From contig CM106585.1 in NCBI GenBank assembly GCA_048013815.1, positions 1,364,001 through 1,428,000 on the forward strand: a stretch of 64,000 nt of DNA, in the 5' to 3' direction. A program made the position numbers and the translations under genes. Shown piece after piece: positions 36,739 to 49,167 of this stretch (its first letter is position 1; each line of letters starts with the position of its first letter). The notes under the pieces were generated by a model, which worked only from the letters and a program-made list of their open reading frames with translations, made no database searches and was not told where the DNA came from. The DNA is from Setoptus koraiensis (taxonomy: Eukaryota > Animalia > Arthropoda).

Positions 36739-38255
36739 ATTGTCGGTTGTCGGTTGGTCATCAACTGTGTCTTATTGCCGTTGATCGGGCGCGAGGAACA
36801 GTGAATAATCACCAACTGAGTGATTGTCGATGCCCGCTGCACGACCAGCGATCGCAAACACATTATGCCCGCATCTGTCCCAATTATTCATTCAATTCTC
36901 TCGCTCCGCCAGCTAGCGAACAGTTCAATTTAAATGCCCGAATTATCCCCAATTGGCGCTGCTCGAAAACCACAAACAACAACAACAACAACAGATTAAA
37001 CGCCTGCTTTTGGGGTACCCAATCTAACTAATATTAGCTGCTATTGGATGGCCCAAAAGCAGCTGTTGACCAGCAGTGGCACTTATAATAATCGACTTAT
37101 CCGTTGTGTGTGCTCGTCACTGACATGGACAAAATAGAAATTGCCTGAGCGGAAGTGAGCGGAGTCTCACACACAGTTTGGCTCACTGTGTTTTTTTATC
37201 CCGGACAAAGCGTATTGCGTCATTAACTGTTAGTGTGCCAGACACGAGTTAGGCACGAGTTAGACACGAGCCAGACATGAGGAAGACAAACAAACAGACA
37301 AACAGATGAGAGAGGAAGAGATGATTCCATAGTGTGCGCTATTTTTTAACGCTCACTCGCTTACGTAATAACAAGCAGCGTATTATACCGACAACCACAC
37401 AATAATTGGTTCCTTGGCATCGCTTAATAGGCTTACACATTGCAGTACATGATACAGTGCACAGTAGTTAGTGAGAGCTGGTAGTAAGTATTTGGTCAGT
37501 GTTATTAATTACCGTCAACATGAGGCCATGTGCGTCATATTATATAATCAGCTCACTTGTGTGCATCGTTATCCCGAAATGCGATCACAAGTGCCGTTAT
37601 AATTACATCGTTATTATATTGTGATAATCTGTCTGTTACAATGTATCGCAGCTAAAGCATATAATGTACATGTAAGAGTATGCGTGTAAGGGGCTAACGT
37701 GTGGCCGTAATTTGTATATTTAGTGTAAACATTGTTACATAATAAGTTTTCAGTTTAGTTAGCTGACCAGTAGTTAGTTAGTTTGCTAGCCCGAGGCGGC
37801 CGGTTTGGGTGTCGTTGGTGTCGGTGTTGGCTGGCCCACTGTCTTGGTCACTGTAAATTGGATGTTTTTGTTGAATGGGCTCACTTGAAACATGGCCAAT
37901 GGATTCTTCCATACAGAATAAGGTTTTGATGTGTAGCTTGTTGCGTTTGTGCTTGTGAGAGTCTTATTTTTGCTAAAATTCAAATTGAACGGATACTGCA
38001 ATCGAACGCTCCTCTTGCGTCGGCCCAATATTGTTGGTTCGGCCCCGGTTTGCTGTTTGGTTTTGTCGCAGTTTCAATTTATTATTATCGCGCGCGTGAC
38101 ATTGAGACATTGTATATCATTGTGAATATTATTATGAAAAACATTAGCATAGATGAGAGAAATGTGACAGTTAGCCACGGGGTGTATACCGGGGTATAAG
38201 AGACAGAAGAGATGGTTATTCTGCGACTGATTTTGTGCAATCAATGCTGGAAACT

Positions 38256-38990
38256 GTATCAAGTATGTCCAGTCTCAGTCGTGTCACCTAACAACTCTAG
38301 GAATCTAGCAATTGTAAGATAACTTTGGGATGGGGGTAATTTTATTCTCTCGTTTGTACTGGAGATATCGTTTTTAGTGTTTTGTACCTGTAAGCACGCG
38401 GAAGCAATGCAAAACGCCTGAGCTTGTGTGATGTTGCTGGCTAGAGTAGCTTGGCCTGTGCAAGATATTATCTAATAGACAGTTTGACAGACAGTTAGAC
38501 AATTGTCGCGTGTGAGGGTGACAAGCAATGTGAAAGAAACAAATTACTTACGGTGCTGGCATACGAGCGAGAATCACACCAGACACACTCTGATTTAAAT
38601 GAGCCTGCCATGGAATTGAAGCAAACACGGGTCATCTATGCATGGCGACGTATAAAAACAATCAAGCGGACATTTAAGCGAGATAATTGACACAACAGTA
38701 TTATTGACTGATAGAAATCACACAAATCAAAGGTAAAACACACAAACAGATATAATTTATCTGTGACACAGGTGAACGCCGATCGCATAGTAAGCAATCA
38801 ATAGCAACGATGAAATAATATATATACTCACAGGCGTCAGAAATGTCGACTCAACCATTAGAGTCCCATCTTGATGTTGCAGTAGTTGAATTATTGTCAA
38901 TAGACTGACCAACAGAAGCACTCCAATAACACCTGACGACACAGTGTTTTCCAATCTAACACTGTTGTGTTTGCCGTGTAACAGTCGCAT
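38256..38990 (-). CDS. Candidate unannotated three-exon gene (38990-38832, 38635-38552, 38471-38256) encoding a ~150-aa protein with an N-terminal hydrophobic segment and a six-Cys region
   Basis: TATAAA near 39230; exon 1 encodes VIGVLLLVSLLTIIQLL and ends CCT|GTGAGT; exon 2 ends ACC|GTAAGT; all junctions are phase 0; exon 3 is open for ~72 codons. No family recognised, and alternative splice assemblies are possible. Confidence 0.35.
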
Positions 38991-40088
38991 TCTGATTGTT
39001 ATCTTGTCGTCAATATTATGGATTGTATGTCACGTGCTTGTGTTCGAATATTCGGATACTTGGATACTCGGATAAAATGACAACAGTTTTACTGCAGCGA
39101 TTTTCACTGTCTTGTGTGAGTAACGAGACTGAATTTTGCGTCAATTTCGCGTCAAGATTCTACGATGAATTAATTCAATCAAATTAACACTGTGGGACTA
39201 GACAAAAAATTTCTTCTGTTTGACCATTTATAGCCGCTTGGCATCGCATAATTAGAAGTGCTTTTAGTCAGTGACCATGACTAGGCCACAACTTTGACAC
39301 CAACTTTCACACGAAATGTAGGCCTTTAAACAAAAATGATACACAGAACAATACCCTTCGAGAGGCATCAACTTGACCGTCACAGTTGACATGATCACCG
39401 TAACTTGAACTGTCCAACCAACTAATATAAGAGTGAACAAAACCATAACAATATTTTGTTTGTTAGCTGAACAGCAAACCTGAAACGGATGTACAGTTAC
39501 ATCACCTACATGGTGGTTGACAGCAAGCGACCTGACAGGTCGAGTTAGTTGAACAGCTTGCAAAGCGATCGTGTCCAAGCAAAGGTATAGTGCCAAACAT
39601 ATTCGCATTGTTGGCTATTGATGTGAAAGAGTTGACTTTATAGCCTACTGTTGTTAGCCTATTTATATTTAGTTTTTCATACAATGAATACCGTTCATGC
39701 GAATGTAAACCGTTTATGCGAATGTAAACCGTTGATGAAGTGAAGTTGCATCACAACTATCATTATTGCATAAACAGTGTAGACGTAATTAATTGTGATT
39801 GTTAATTAGGCAATGTTTGTGGAATATACAAAACTAATGATAAATCACAGCAGCGGCAATCACACGACGAGAACAAGATGTGTGACAGGTGAGCAAATGA
39901 TGTTAATTGTTGTTGCGCAACAATAGTTGCATTACGATGATTACCGTCTGTGAGCAGTGTTGGTTAGATCATCAGACGAATGAATGACTAACATATTTGT
40001 ATGTTGAACATGGCTACTTTGTTTGCGAACCAGTTATCATTGATTTCAATAAGAATACTCGTTTCGTATACAAGTAAGCATAATGTTT

Positions 40089-42362
40089 TTATATCTTGGA
40101 TAATGTTGACTGAGCGGAAGTATTGAATTTCTGTTGTTGAGCTTTGCTGACTTGATTTGATGGGCCCGACAGTTGACTTTGTTGTGATTGTGGTTGTAGT
40201 TGTCGTTGTGGTTTCTGCTGTTGCTGTTGCGATGATTGCAATGGTTCGTCCGATGACAACGATGACGATGTTGACAAACTGTCATTGGTGTCACGTTCAT
40301 CTTGATCGTTATTGTTGTTACTGCCATTTAAATTGCTGTTCTTATATATCCAATCCAGATATTGACTCACATCCACATAGACACCCGGTACGCCTTGTAG
40401 GCCACACGAAACACCCCATGACACCAGGCCGGCTAATTCGTAGCGTCCAAAATTGTCCAAATCATCGTCGTTGTTTTGCTTCACAAATGAGGGTTTGTTA
40501 CAAACGAGCGGACCGCCACCATCGCCCGTACAAGTGTCACTAGCTGGCTCACCTCCGCCACAAACAAACGTTTTGTGCAATTTAAATCTGATTCCTAAGC
40601 GTGTCTTACGTAACGCTTGTTCGCATTCCTCTCTCGACACTATTCTTAACTGCACCTCTTTTAGTATATTTGAATGTTGCCCGCTTCTGTAGGCATCCTT
40701 TCCCCAGCCAGTGGCCATACAATTGCTTTCTTCATCACTAGAGGGCGATGATTTTTGGGGTGCCGCGTTTTGTTTAGGCAAACAAATTGTATCAATGCCA
40801 GGACGAAACACCACAGGTCTGTCCAATTTCAACAGAGCGATATCATTCCAAAGATTGCGACTCTGAAACTCTGGATGAATTATTATTTCGGCCACGTTGA
40901 AATCTTCGTGGGGCAGAAATTCGTCTGTTCGTTGAGTGTCCCATTCGGATAGACGAACTTTTAACATTTTTCGTTTCTTATCAATTTCCAAATTTGCCAA
41001 ATTTTGTCTGCTCGACGAAAATTCAGCCTCGTTTTCATTACTACTGTTTGTTTGTTGTTTCCTAGTGTACGATTCAACACAATGGGCAACAGTGAGTATG
41101 TATTGATCGCTTATTAATGAGCCACCACAAACAAATTTATTAACATTGTCCTCGTGTCGGATGATGGCTGCCATCCAAGGATATTCACCAAAGTCACTTT
41201 CTTGATTTCCCGTCGGTGCCAGTATTCGTCTGTTTATTCCAACTTGATTACGAACACCACAACGGGGCTTGTATTTTTGCTTGGGTTTTGCATCCGGGTC
41301 ACGACAACAAACATGATAACGGCCACAGTCTCCATTGTCCGCAGTGTCGGTGTTGTCCGAATCGGCCGATCTCCGCGATAAAGCTGCCCAAGATTGATTG
41401 GTCGCCTGATCCGAGGACACAGTTATATTCAGGGGCACCAGACTACGCGGATCCAATATGCCAGCTCCGTCTGTAATTATTTGATCGTTTTCGTCACATT
41501 GATAATACGGAACACAAATACAATCTTTATCCTCGACTTGTCTGCCAGTTAGAAATGAGGAACTTTTTTGATTCGAAGGAGGCGCAACATTATTGATAGC
41601 CCTTGTTGTCGAAACTGGTCCTGGTGCACCATTATCTAGATTACTATTTTTTTCACTATTAAATTGGTTTCTTCCATCCGAGATACTCGATGAGACTGCT
41701 TCAGTTGTACTTGAACTTGTTGAGCCATCTTCAGCTAATTTCTTATTATCCTGGACTTTTTGTTGTTGTTTGTGGCGAGAAGAAGGCTTTTGCTGCTGCT
41801 GCTGCTGCTGTTCACTGACTTGCCCACCATCGTGATTAACAAAATTCGGTACACTAGTGAGAGAATCAATTTTTAAAGATGGACCCTTTTCTTGACTAAC
41901 AATCGCGCTAAGATTCTTCAAGATGGAAACAAGCGGCTGGTGATAGCCCTTTTGATCTAAATCAGAATTTGATAATGTCAGTGTGACAATAATTTTATCC
42001 TCATTATTTGTGTTATTACTGGTTGCCAGAATGGATCCGTCATTATTGTCCAAGCTGCTCATCTTATTTACACTCTTATTGTGATTCTTTGCATTGTTGT
42101 GATTGGGATTTACTGTCGAGCTGAGAAGCTCGTATCCTTCCAACTGTGAAGGTTTTTTGGTGACAATCGATTGATTTCTATCATGATTCACTAGATGAAT
42201 CGTAGGTTTCTTATGCACGGTCGAGTGTAGATTTGAGTCGGTGGGTGAACAATTTGTTAATAGATAATTGGAAAAAATAATATAAAACAAAGAGGCTAAT
42301 ATCAGAATATTGATATTTCTTTCTAATCCAAACAATAAGAATTTTATCTTTGTATCCATCAT
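40089..42362 (-). CDS. Clip-domain serine protease homolog (PPAF2/masquerade-like), catalytically inactive, intronless
   Basis: Hydrophobic leader; clip-like CICVPYYQC..ITDGAGILDPR...CGRYHVCC; trypsin domain FGEYPWMAAI, CGGSLI, LTVAHC (His), NDIALL (Asp), and TCTGDGGGPL with the catalytic Ser replaced by Gly. Confidence 0.92.
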   Translation of the reverse strand: MMDTKIKFLLFGLERNINILILASLFYIIFSNYLLTNCSPTDSNLHSTVHKKPTIHLVNHDRNQSIVTKKPSQLEGYELLSSTVNPNHNNAKNHNKSVNKMSSLDNNDGSILATSNNTNNEDKIIVTLTLSNSDLDQKGYHQPLVSILKNLSAIVSQEKGPSLKIDSLTSVPNFVNHDGGQVSEQQQQQQQKPSSRHKQQQKVQDNKKLAEDGSTSSSTTEAVSSSISDGRNQFNSEKNSNLDNGAPGPVSTTRAINNVAPPSNQKSSSFLTGRQVEDKDCICVPYYQCDENDQIITDGAGILDPRSLVPLNITVSSDQATNQSWAALSRRSADSDNTDTADNGDCGRYHVCCRDPDAKPKQKYKPRCGVRNQVGINRRILAPTGNQESDFGEYPWMAAIIRHEDNVNKFVCGGSLISDQYILTVAHCVESYTRKQQTNSSNENEAEFSSSRQNLANLEIDKKRKMLKVRLSEWDTQRTDEFLPHEDFNVAEIIIHPEFQSRNLWNDIALLKLDRPVVFRPGIDTICLPKQNAAPQKSSPSSDEESNCMATGWGKDAYRSGQHSNILKEVQLRIVSREECEQALRKTRLGIRFKLHKTFVCGGGEPASDTCTGDGGGPLVCNKPSFVKQNNDDDLDNFGRYELAGLVSWGVSCGLQGVPGVYVDVSQYLDWIYKNSNLNGSNNNNDQDERDTNDSLSTSSSLSSDEPLQSSQQQQQKPQRQLQPQSQQSQLSGPSNQVSKAQQQKFNTSAQSTLSKI

Positions 42363-43079
42363 TTTTGTTAATTCAAGCCATGCACATTGATTGTCGAGCT
42401 TTTTCTTCCTAATTCACCTGCTCAACAATTCAATTGATGGTGGGTTATTCTCGCTACGAATAATGTAAACAGTAACGTTGGCATAATAATCACAAAATAT
42501 ATATTGACTCCCTAGAAAGAGATAAGTAGAGATCAACGAATGTTTCTCATTTTATATCGTGGTTGACTGACATCTTTTCCGACTAAACGGCTTAGACCTT
42601 TATGATGATGTAAGAATATCGCTGAAGAAGTCGACAAGCAAAGTACAAGTTCTACTGTATGATTAAATATTTATAAAAACAACACGCTTAATAGAAACAA
42701 ATTACCTGCGATGTTATCACCAAGTGATGAAAATAACCACTTAGAAGATTCTTTAGCAAAAATAAAAGTGATGTAACCAGTTTGGCTATAACTTGATTTA
42801 AACTAGTGGCATCATCAGTCTATGTATGACTTTTTGTTGTTTTCACTACACGATGAGAGATGCGTAAGCGATAGTGAAAGCTAGTAAAAGGAATTATAAG
42901 GTTTTCAATGAAGTCATTGGAGGTTGCTCAATGATCAATTCGAAACGTTTTCTTTGGTGCAACTACAAGTGACTTGTATTCAAGTCCTGTGACGTTGATA
43001 GCGAGAGCCTTCGTCTAGCTCAAGTATAAACAAAATATACAAAAACAAAATTTCGACGAGAATTGACGGAATATAATTA

Positions 43080-43390
43080 GAATTACGTGCGTGTTTACAT
43101 GGAGTTAGCTCTACAAGTCGCTTCCGATTGGGTCTCAGATTATAAGAAAACTGGTCAAGAGAAGAAAGAACTTGGCACATTTCGAACCGCATCCCAATAA
43201 CTGTAAATTATGTGGCACAAAATGTTGATCACAGAATATCATCAAGTTTGGTTCGAACTAAATCATGTACAAAAAGACTACTGATGCAAATGTAGTAGCT
43301 AGTCTTGATGTAATTGATCTGCAACATCTTGATTGAGACTAAGTACAACTAGGCAATTTGAATCAGTTCGACTCTTGGAACGTGTCACAA
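43080..43390 (+). repeat. ~300-bp direct repeat, copy 1 (copy 2 at 44398-44690); resembles decayed coding sequence
   Basis: Shared TTTACATGGAGTT, ATAAGAAAACTGGTCAAGAGAAGA, GAACCGCATCC, GTGGCACAAAATGTTGATCACAGAATATCATCAA and GTAGCTAGTCT. Confidence 0.88.
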
Positions 43391-43709
43391 TCCCTTGGTA
43401 CTAACGGTGCCCTTCCTGGCAAAACTGACCCCTCCGGCACCTGCAGCCAATCTCATCTTCCTTGTCGAAATATGTTTCTTTGTCTGTCAGCAGTTTCCAC
43501 TGGTTAATTTTTCTATATGAACCCATAGTTCTATAGAGATGGCATGGTGGGAGTCAGGTAGGAGCTGAAAAAGCACGCAGATAGCACCAATGAGCAACAA
43601 ACAAACATTAACTTGCAAGTCAATACAACTGAACAGATGAAGAGCAACTCATTAGTCAGACTGACCGACCAACTAGCGTCTCATTGTCACAGTATTGCAA
43701 TAAATATAA

Positions 43710-44305
43710 GCAAAAAGTATCTCGTGATTGTGCAAGGGTTGATGTTCGTCACTTCATTAGAGGCTTGAACAATGCAATCGTCAAGAAAAGCGCTCAGCAA
43801 CAATTAAAAAGGTAGACAATGGGGGGTCATTGTGTAAGAGTGTGAGAGTACTCGTTGACCAGTAGATCACACAATCGTCATCCAATGTCTAAATCTCTCG
43901 GATTTACATCGAGAGAATGCTACTGTTATCACATTCAGAAGTTGGTGATTGAATAAAAAAAAAAAAACAATTCGTTATGTCATTTAACAAAGTTTGCAAA
44001 AAGCGACTGCACTGCGACGATCGGTAGGGTTGATATATCGACGCTTGAGAGAGTTAGAAAAAGAATCAAGCAACCTCTCGATACTCGTACCGATTAGCTG
44101 TTGACGACTTTGTGTGAGAGGAGGAGGCATCTGAGCTGACAGTTGAATGCACTTGGCCGAAATCAACTGGTCAGTTGCTGCCGTGCAATTTTTATCACAG
44201 AGACTCTCACAACTGGTCGGTATGAGTATCTGCCAAATATATGTTTTTGCATCGTGCAGTTTTGCATTGTCCGACACATCAATCTGTCACTAATGTCAAT
44301 TCTCG
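43710..44305 (+). repeat. Dispersed ~600-bp direct repeat, copy 2
   Basis: See copy 1 at 30650-31265. Confidence 0.9.
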
Positions 44306-44397
44306 TACTCCCTCACTTTCAACTTTTTGCTTTTGCTACTACATTCATTTACTAACAACTGTAAATCATCAACTACTGATACAAATTCTATCATTAA

Positions 44398-44690
44398 TTA
44401 TTCCGTGCATATTTACATGGAGTTGGCTCGACAATTCCGTTCTGATTGAGCATCAAATCATAAGAAAACTGGTCAAGAGAAGAGAGAACTAAGCACATTT
44501 TGAACCGCATCCTGATAACCGTGGCACAAAATGTTGATCACAGAATATCATCAAATTTGTATCTAAATCATATATATAAAGACTGCTGATGCAAGTGGGC
44601 AAGTAGCTAGTCTGCACCTTCTTGATTGTGACTACGCACCAGTTACAACTAGACGATTCTAATCAGTTTGACTTTTGGCTCTAGGCAACA
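44398..44690 (+). repeat. ~300-bp direct repeat, copy 2
   Basis: See copy 1 at 43080-43390. Confidence 0.88.
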
Positions 44691-45025
44691 ATGAAAGTTT
44701 CGACGACCGCAGCGAATCTTCTCTTCGCCAAAAATCCTTTCTTGGGGTAACCCAATGAAAGAGGCCCAACTCAGTAGCTCAATCTGCATCAGCAAACGGG
44801 ATATGACTACGTTTCGGGTCAAGTACACTAAATCTGCCAGCTACATCTCTACCTCTATTGAGTTGGTAACTCGAATTTTGTTAGAAATGGTTGCATGTGC
44901 ATTTTGAGGGTTTTTTTATTTAAAAATTGGCGCCATCTGTTCGAATCACCTGTTTCCTTAGAATAGAAAACCTGTCAGTATTCCGCTCTTTGACTCATTC
45001 ATATCAGGTAGATTTTATTTTTGTT

Positions 45026-45659
45026 ATGATGGCCGGAATAGACGACAATACAAAAAAGACCCTTAAATCCATACCGTTACTCAGGACGAGAGCCGGACCG
45101 AGGGATCCATCATGGCCCACTAGATTTAAAGAGGAATATCAATCCTTGATAAAATATGTCCAGCAAAGCAAAGATAACGACGCCGACTGGTTCAGGCTCG
45201 AATCCAATAAGGAAGGGACTAGATGGTTCGGTAAATGTTGGCACATGCAAAATTTTCTGAAATATGAATTTGACATAGAATTCGATGTGAGTGTCTCCTA
45301 AAATCTTGACGAGTCTTAATTGCCGGTGTAACTGCATGTCGACTCTTTATTGATTATTCTTTATTCCATAATGAACTATCCAGATACCAGTAACATATCC
45401 AGAGACAGCACCTGAAATAACAATACCTGAACTTGATGGAAAGACACCTAAGATGTATAGAGGTGGCAAGATTTGTACTTCGGATCATTTTAAACCTCTG
45501 TGGGCTCGCAATGTTCCCAAGTTCGGTATCGCCCATGCCATGGCTCTCGGTTTGGCGCCCTGGTTAGCCGTTGAAGTGCCAGATTTAATAGAAAAGGGAT
45601 TAGTGGTTTATAAAGACAAGCGAACCAGCGATCAACCCCAGACAGCTCAAAGCTCTTGA
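45026..45659 (+). CDS. UFC1: UFM1-conjugating enzyme 1, exons 45026-45286 and 45384-45659
   Basis: [38 protein letters not shown]|[48 protein letters not shown]; 97-nt GT-AG intron; catalytic Cys present. Confidence 0.97.
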
Positions 45660-45901
45660 CCTCCATTCGGCTGTTAGCGCATCGATTGGGCTCACAACAC
45701 TCGCCCGTTCACTTCAATACCTCATTATGACTTGATCTAAACGTGTGTGAGAGATTGTGGAGAGAATTTCGTCCAAGTTGATTAAAGGATTCGCTCATTC
45801 TTTGATTTGCTATTAAAGAGAAAAGAGAAAGGGTTTTTTACTCACTTGCAACGGAACTAGCCTATCCCATTCTGAGCTCAATAGAGACACAGAACGAAAC
45901 T

Positions 45902-46534
45902 TCAAGGAGGATATTTGATGATTACATCGCCTAACTTATGAATTTTCTTATAATGTGATCTTAGCGATGACTCAATCATGAACCTTTGCCGGCATATTTG
46001 ACACGGCATATATGGTGAATGGTTAGCAAGAACCAATCTGTATACATTTGACCACTGATTGCAATCGTGATCTCTAGTTTCTGATTTTCTCAACACGGCT
46101 CCGCATTGGTCTGTGGTGAAATTGAAACGACAATTATTCCGTAGATGATTTTCACAATCTTCAAGCGCACAAGTCTCTCTGCAACCATCACTTGGGCACT
46201 TTACTGTTTCTTGATTTATCAATTGTTTTACTAAAAGATTTGGTATAAATGATTTGGTTTTTCTAGCTCTGGCTAAAAAAGCGGCCTCTGTCTTGATGCC
46301 AGCTCGTGCTCCACCGACGCCTAAACCCAGCGTTTCCCCACAAACGGGACAGAAGGTTTGTCTACCATGGAAGGGATCTCGTGGAGTGAAGAATCGTCTA
46401 CAATATTCGTACCAGCACGTCTTACAGCAAGTGTGACCACAATTGGCTAGTAAGGGATCCTCGAGGGCTCCTTGACATAGTTCGCAAATGAGTGCGGGAT
46501 CTAGAGAAACAAATCGTTCAATGTCATAGCCCAT
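45902..46534 (-). CDS. C3HC4 RING + TRAF-type zinc finger + C-terminal C2H2 finger protein (RNF41/RNF151-like N-terminus), intronless
   Basis: MGYDIERF...LICELCQGALEDP...CGHTCCKTC...CPVC resembles RNF41 MGYDVTRF...LICPICSGVLEEP; KCPSDGC...HL..C; CQIC..F.....L..HYKKIH. Confidence 0.85.
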   Translation of the reverse strand: MGYDIERFVSLDPALICELCQGALEDPLLANCGHTCCKTCWYEYCRRFFTPRDPFHGRQTFCPVCGETLGLGVGGARAGIKTEAAFLARARKTKSFIPNLLVKQLINQETVKCPSDGCRETCALEDCENHLRNNCRFNFTTDQCGAVLRKSETRDHDCNQWSNVYRLVLANHSPYMPCQICRQRFMIESSLRSHYKKIHKLGDVIIKYPP

Positions 46535-47240
46535 TTATGATGCAATACCTAAAGAAGATGACCAAAGATGTTGCAAACCGATTGTTACCAGACATAAATA
46601 AAGTTGTAGACATTCAGTGCAGACAGCATTCGATTGTGAAATGTTCAACATTTTATACTAGTGCTGGAACGTGACAAAAAAGAGAAGTGAGTATTGAAGT
46701 ACGAGTATTTAGTCACGCGAAACATCAACAATTAACAGTAATATTGTAAATATCTATGCTTGGCTCGCGCATTTCAAAATTGATAGTTTGGTGTGGTAGT
46801 TTGAGTCACAATGCACGAATATACGGTATTTATGGTTGATCTGTTGGAATTTGTTGTTTATGCTAGTACAATTGTTGGACAATTACGTAATGCAACACTC
46901 AGCAACGTACCATTTTTATCGTGGTCACATTCATTTGTCTCATGCTGCTATTAACGCACAAGCAGATGATTATACAATGATAATTAACAACCTCGAGGAA
47001 TTTTGATTAGTGTATTTGTATTGCGCTGTCCAGCAAGCATTGTCAGAGCGACTCAATTTGTCCATATTTGTTTAAGCATTAGATAAAGTGGCCAGTCACG
47101 AGCTCTGATGTGTCGCGTGTCACCGCACCAAACAACTGGGCAAATCGAGTTGCTTGCGCCATTCTTTTTGGGCAACATAATACAAATACACATAGCATTG
47201 AATAAGTGCACTTGTGCACTTATTCACTGCAATTTGTGAT

Positions 47241-47242
<2 letters not shown>

Positions 47243-47278
<36 letters not shown>
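47243..47278. repeat. (AG)18 microsatellite
   Basis: Directly visible. Confidence 0.95.
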
Positions 47279-47283
<5 letters not shown>

Positions 47284-49167
47284 ACGGCAATTTTATTACG
47301 ACGACTCCGCTCATTACGTAACACACATTGTTGTTATTTTGGTTATTGTTTGGTCGAATGGCCGTGTGTGTGTCGGCTCATATTGGCCACTGGCACGATG
47401 ATTTGTTTGATTTGGCACTGAGTAAATATGGTCGCTGATCCATTATAGATTGGTGGTTGTTGTCGTTGCTGTTGATGTTGCGGCGCCAAGTCGATTTGTC
47501 ATCGTCAACAGAGGCAGCGCGACTCGGCGAAGAGTTAACATTATTACGCGCCTCTCCCCTGGATATTGCTCAAATATTGCTAAATATAAATATTACTCTC
47601 TCGCTCTCCCTTCATGCTCCCATCGTCTGTTTGTTATATGACGTCAATTGCCCTCGAATCTGTCTGCACAAACACACACACTATTTACACAATAAATATG
47701 GAGCACAATCACGCCGAGCAGAGAGTCAAAAGCAGAGAGGCAATCGGTTGCCACTTTTCCTAAAAGTGTTTTCGTGCCAACAAGACCAGCCACTACTCAC
47801 GCTCAACCGCTGCGTTAATGGATGAATTCAAACTGGGGGGATAAGTCACTGAACTATGCTACTTGAAATAGCACCAAGAGCAGTGCGACAATAAATGCAA
47901 TAATGGTGAGAATGGGCCCTTTTCCACACAACCGTTTTATACAAAACTTTTATCTCTATTGCATGCGGCCGACTGCACACACTGTGCCAACATTACCATG
48001 TATTGGAATATTATATACCGTATATAGGGTGCAATCGGCCCCAGATGATGCCCTCTATAGAGCAAACTGGTCGGCACGCAAGCAAACAATCTTGTTATAT
48101 GTGCCCACCTATATGGTTGCGTCGTGATTTAATTAAAGTGACACTGGTCGCGCTGCTGTGCCCTCGACCATTAACGGCCAACGACAACACTCTTCAATCA
48201 CATCGACGATGCCCTCATTGTCGATGTGTTTGATTTCAATCGGTCAACAAGTGACATTGCGATTGTCCGTTGCGGACAGCATCGGTGCGGCGTCGAGACA
48301 AGTGGACATGAGCGCATGTATGCGGATATATCTAGATATCGCGAGACGTGCCAACGGAATAAATGACCTTTTGTGAAATGCGATGGTTGCTGGAGCGAAG
48401 GAATGGAATATGAATGTCAAACAGAGTGACAATGGCTCCGAATTGAGCATTGTCGGCCCATAGTTGATGATTTAATTTATGTCATCGCCATGCGATTGTC
48501 TAATTGTTGGCTAATCTTTGTTTTGTGGGCCTCGTGTTGCTACCGACACAACATGCTTTGCTCGTTGGCCAATTGGCCAGAATGGCCGGCAGAGGAGGCA
48601 TTTTGTGAGGAGCAGTTTGCATGGCACAAAAGGGCTATTATACAATAATAACAATAGCAATTGAGCACATACAGTTGGCCGGTTGGCGTCATTTTAAAGT
48701 CAGACCACTACTAACACCAGCACTAATGACGACGAAGCCACTAGCGCCATTAAAATCATCACCACCGAACTGAATTGAACCAGCACTCAACTGAGCCAGC
48801 CAGTCATCACATCACAACACAGCAAAGCACAACTCAACAAAACTAAACTAAATCAATCTGATATTGCAACAATTACGTAACTGGCGCAATGTTTACTTTT
48901 CTGTCTCTCTTGCTCTCCATACATGATGCGCATTGGCAGGCTGCACTTCACTTTTATCATCGCATAATAATAATAATAATCGTGATGGCAGCATGACTAA
49001 ACGGCGAGCAAATCAATCATGCATTCTCTCACTCTTTCCAGAGAGATGCAACTAGCAGCGATGGTCCATTTGTTTGTTTTTGTCGGAGCACACAAACATA
49101 GAGCACACACTTGAGAGAGAGAGAGAGCACTCTATGGTATGGCTATATTGCCACCATTGGCCACCAT

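Noticed and set aside
38552-38635. C-x11-C spacing resembling an insulin B chain in the candidate gene
   Set aside because: No CG or conserved Leu residues and no A-chain CCxxxC downstream.
48140-48245. Minus-strand GIVDVIEECCRWP resembling an insulin A chain
   Set aside because: Lacks the remaining two Cys, is preceded by an in-frame stop, and no B chain is present.
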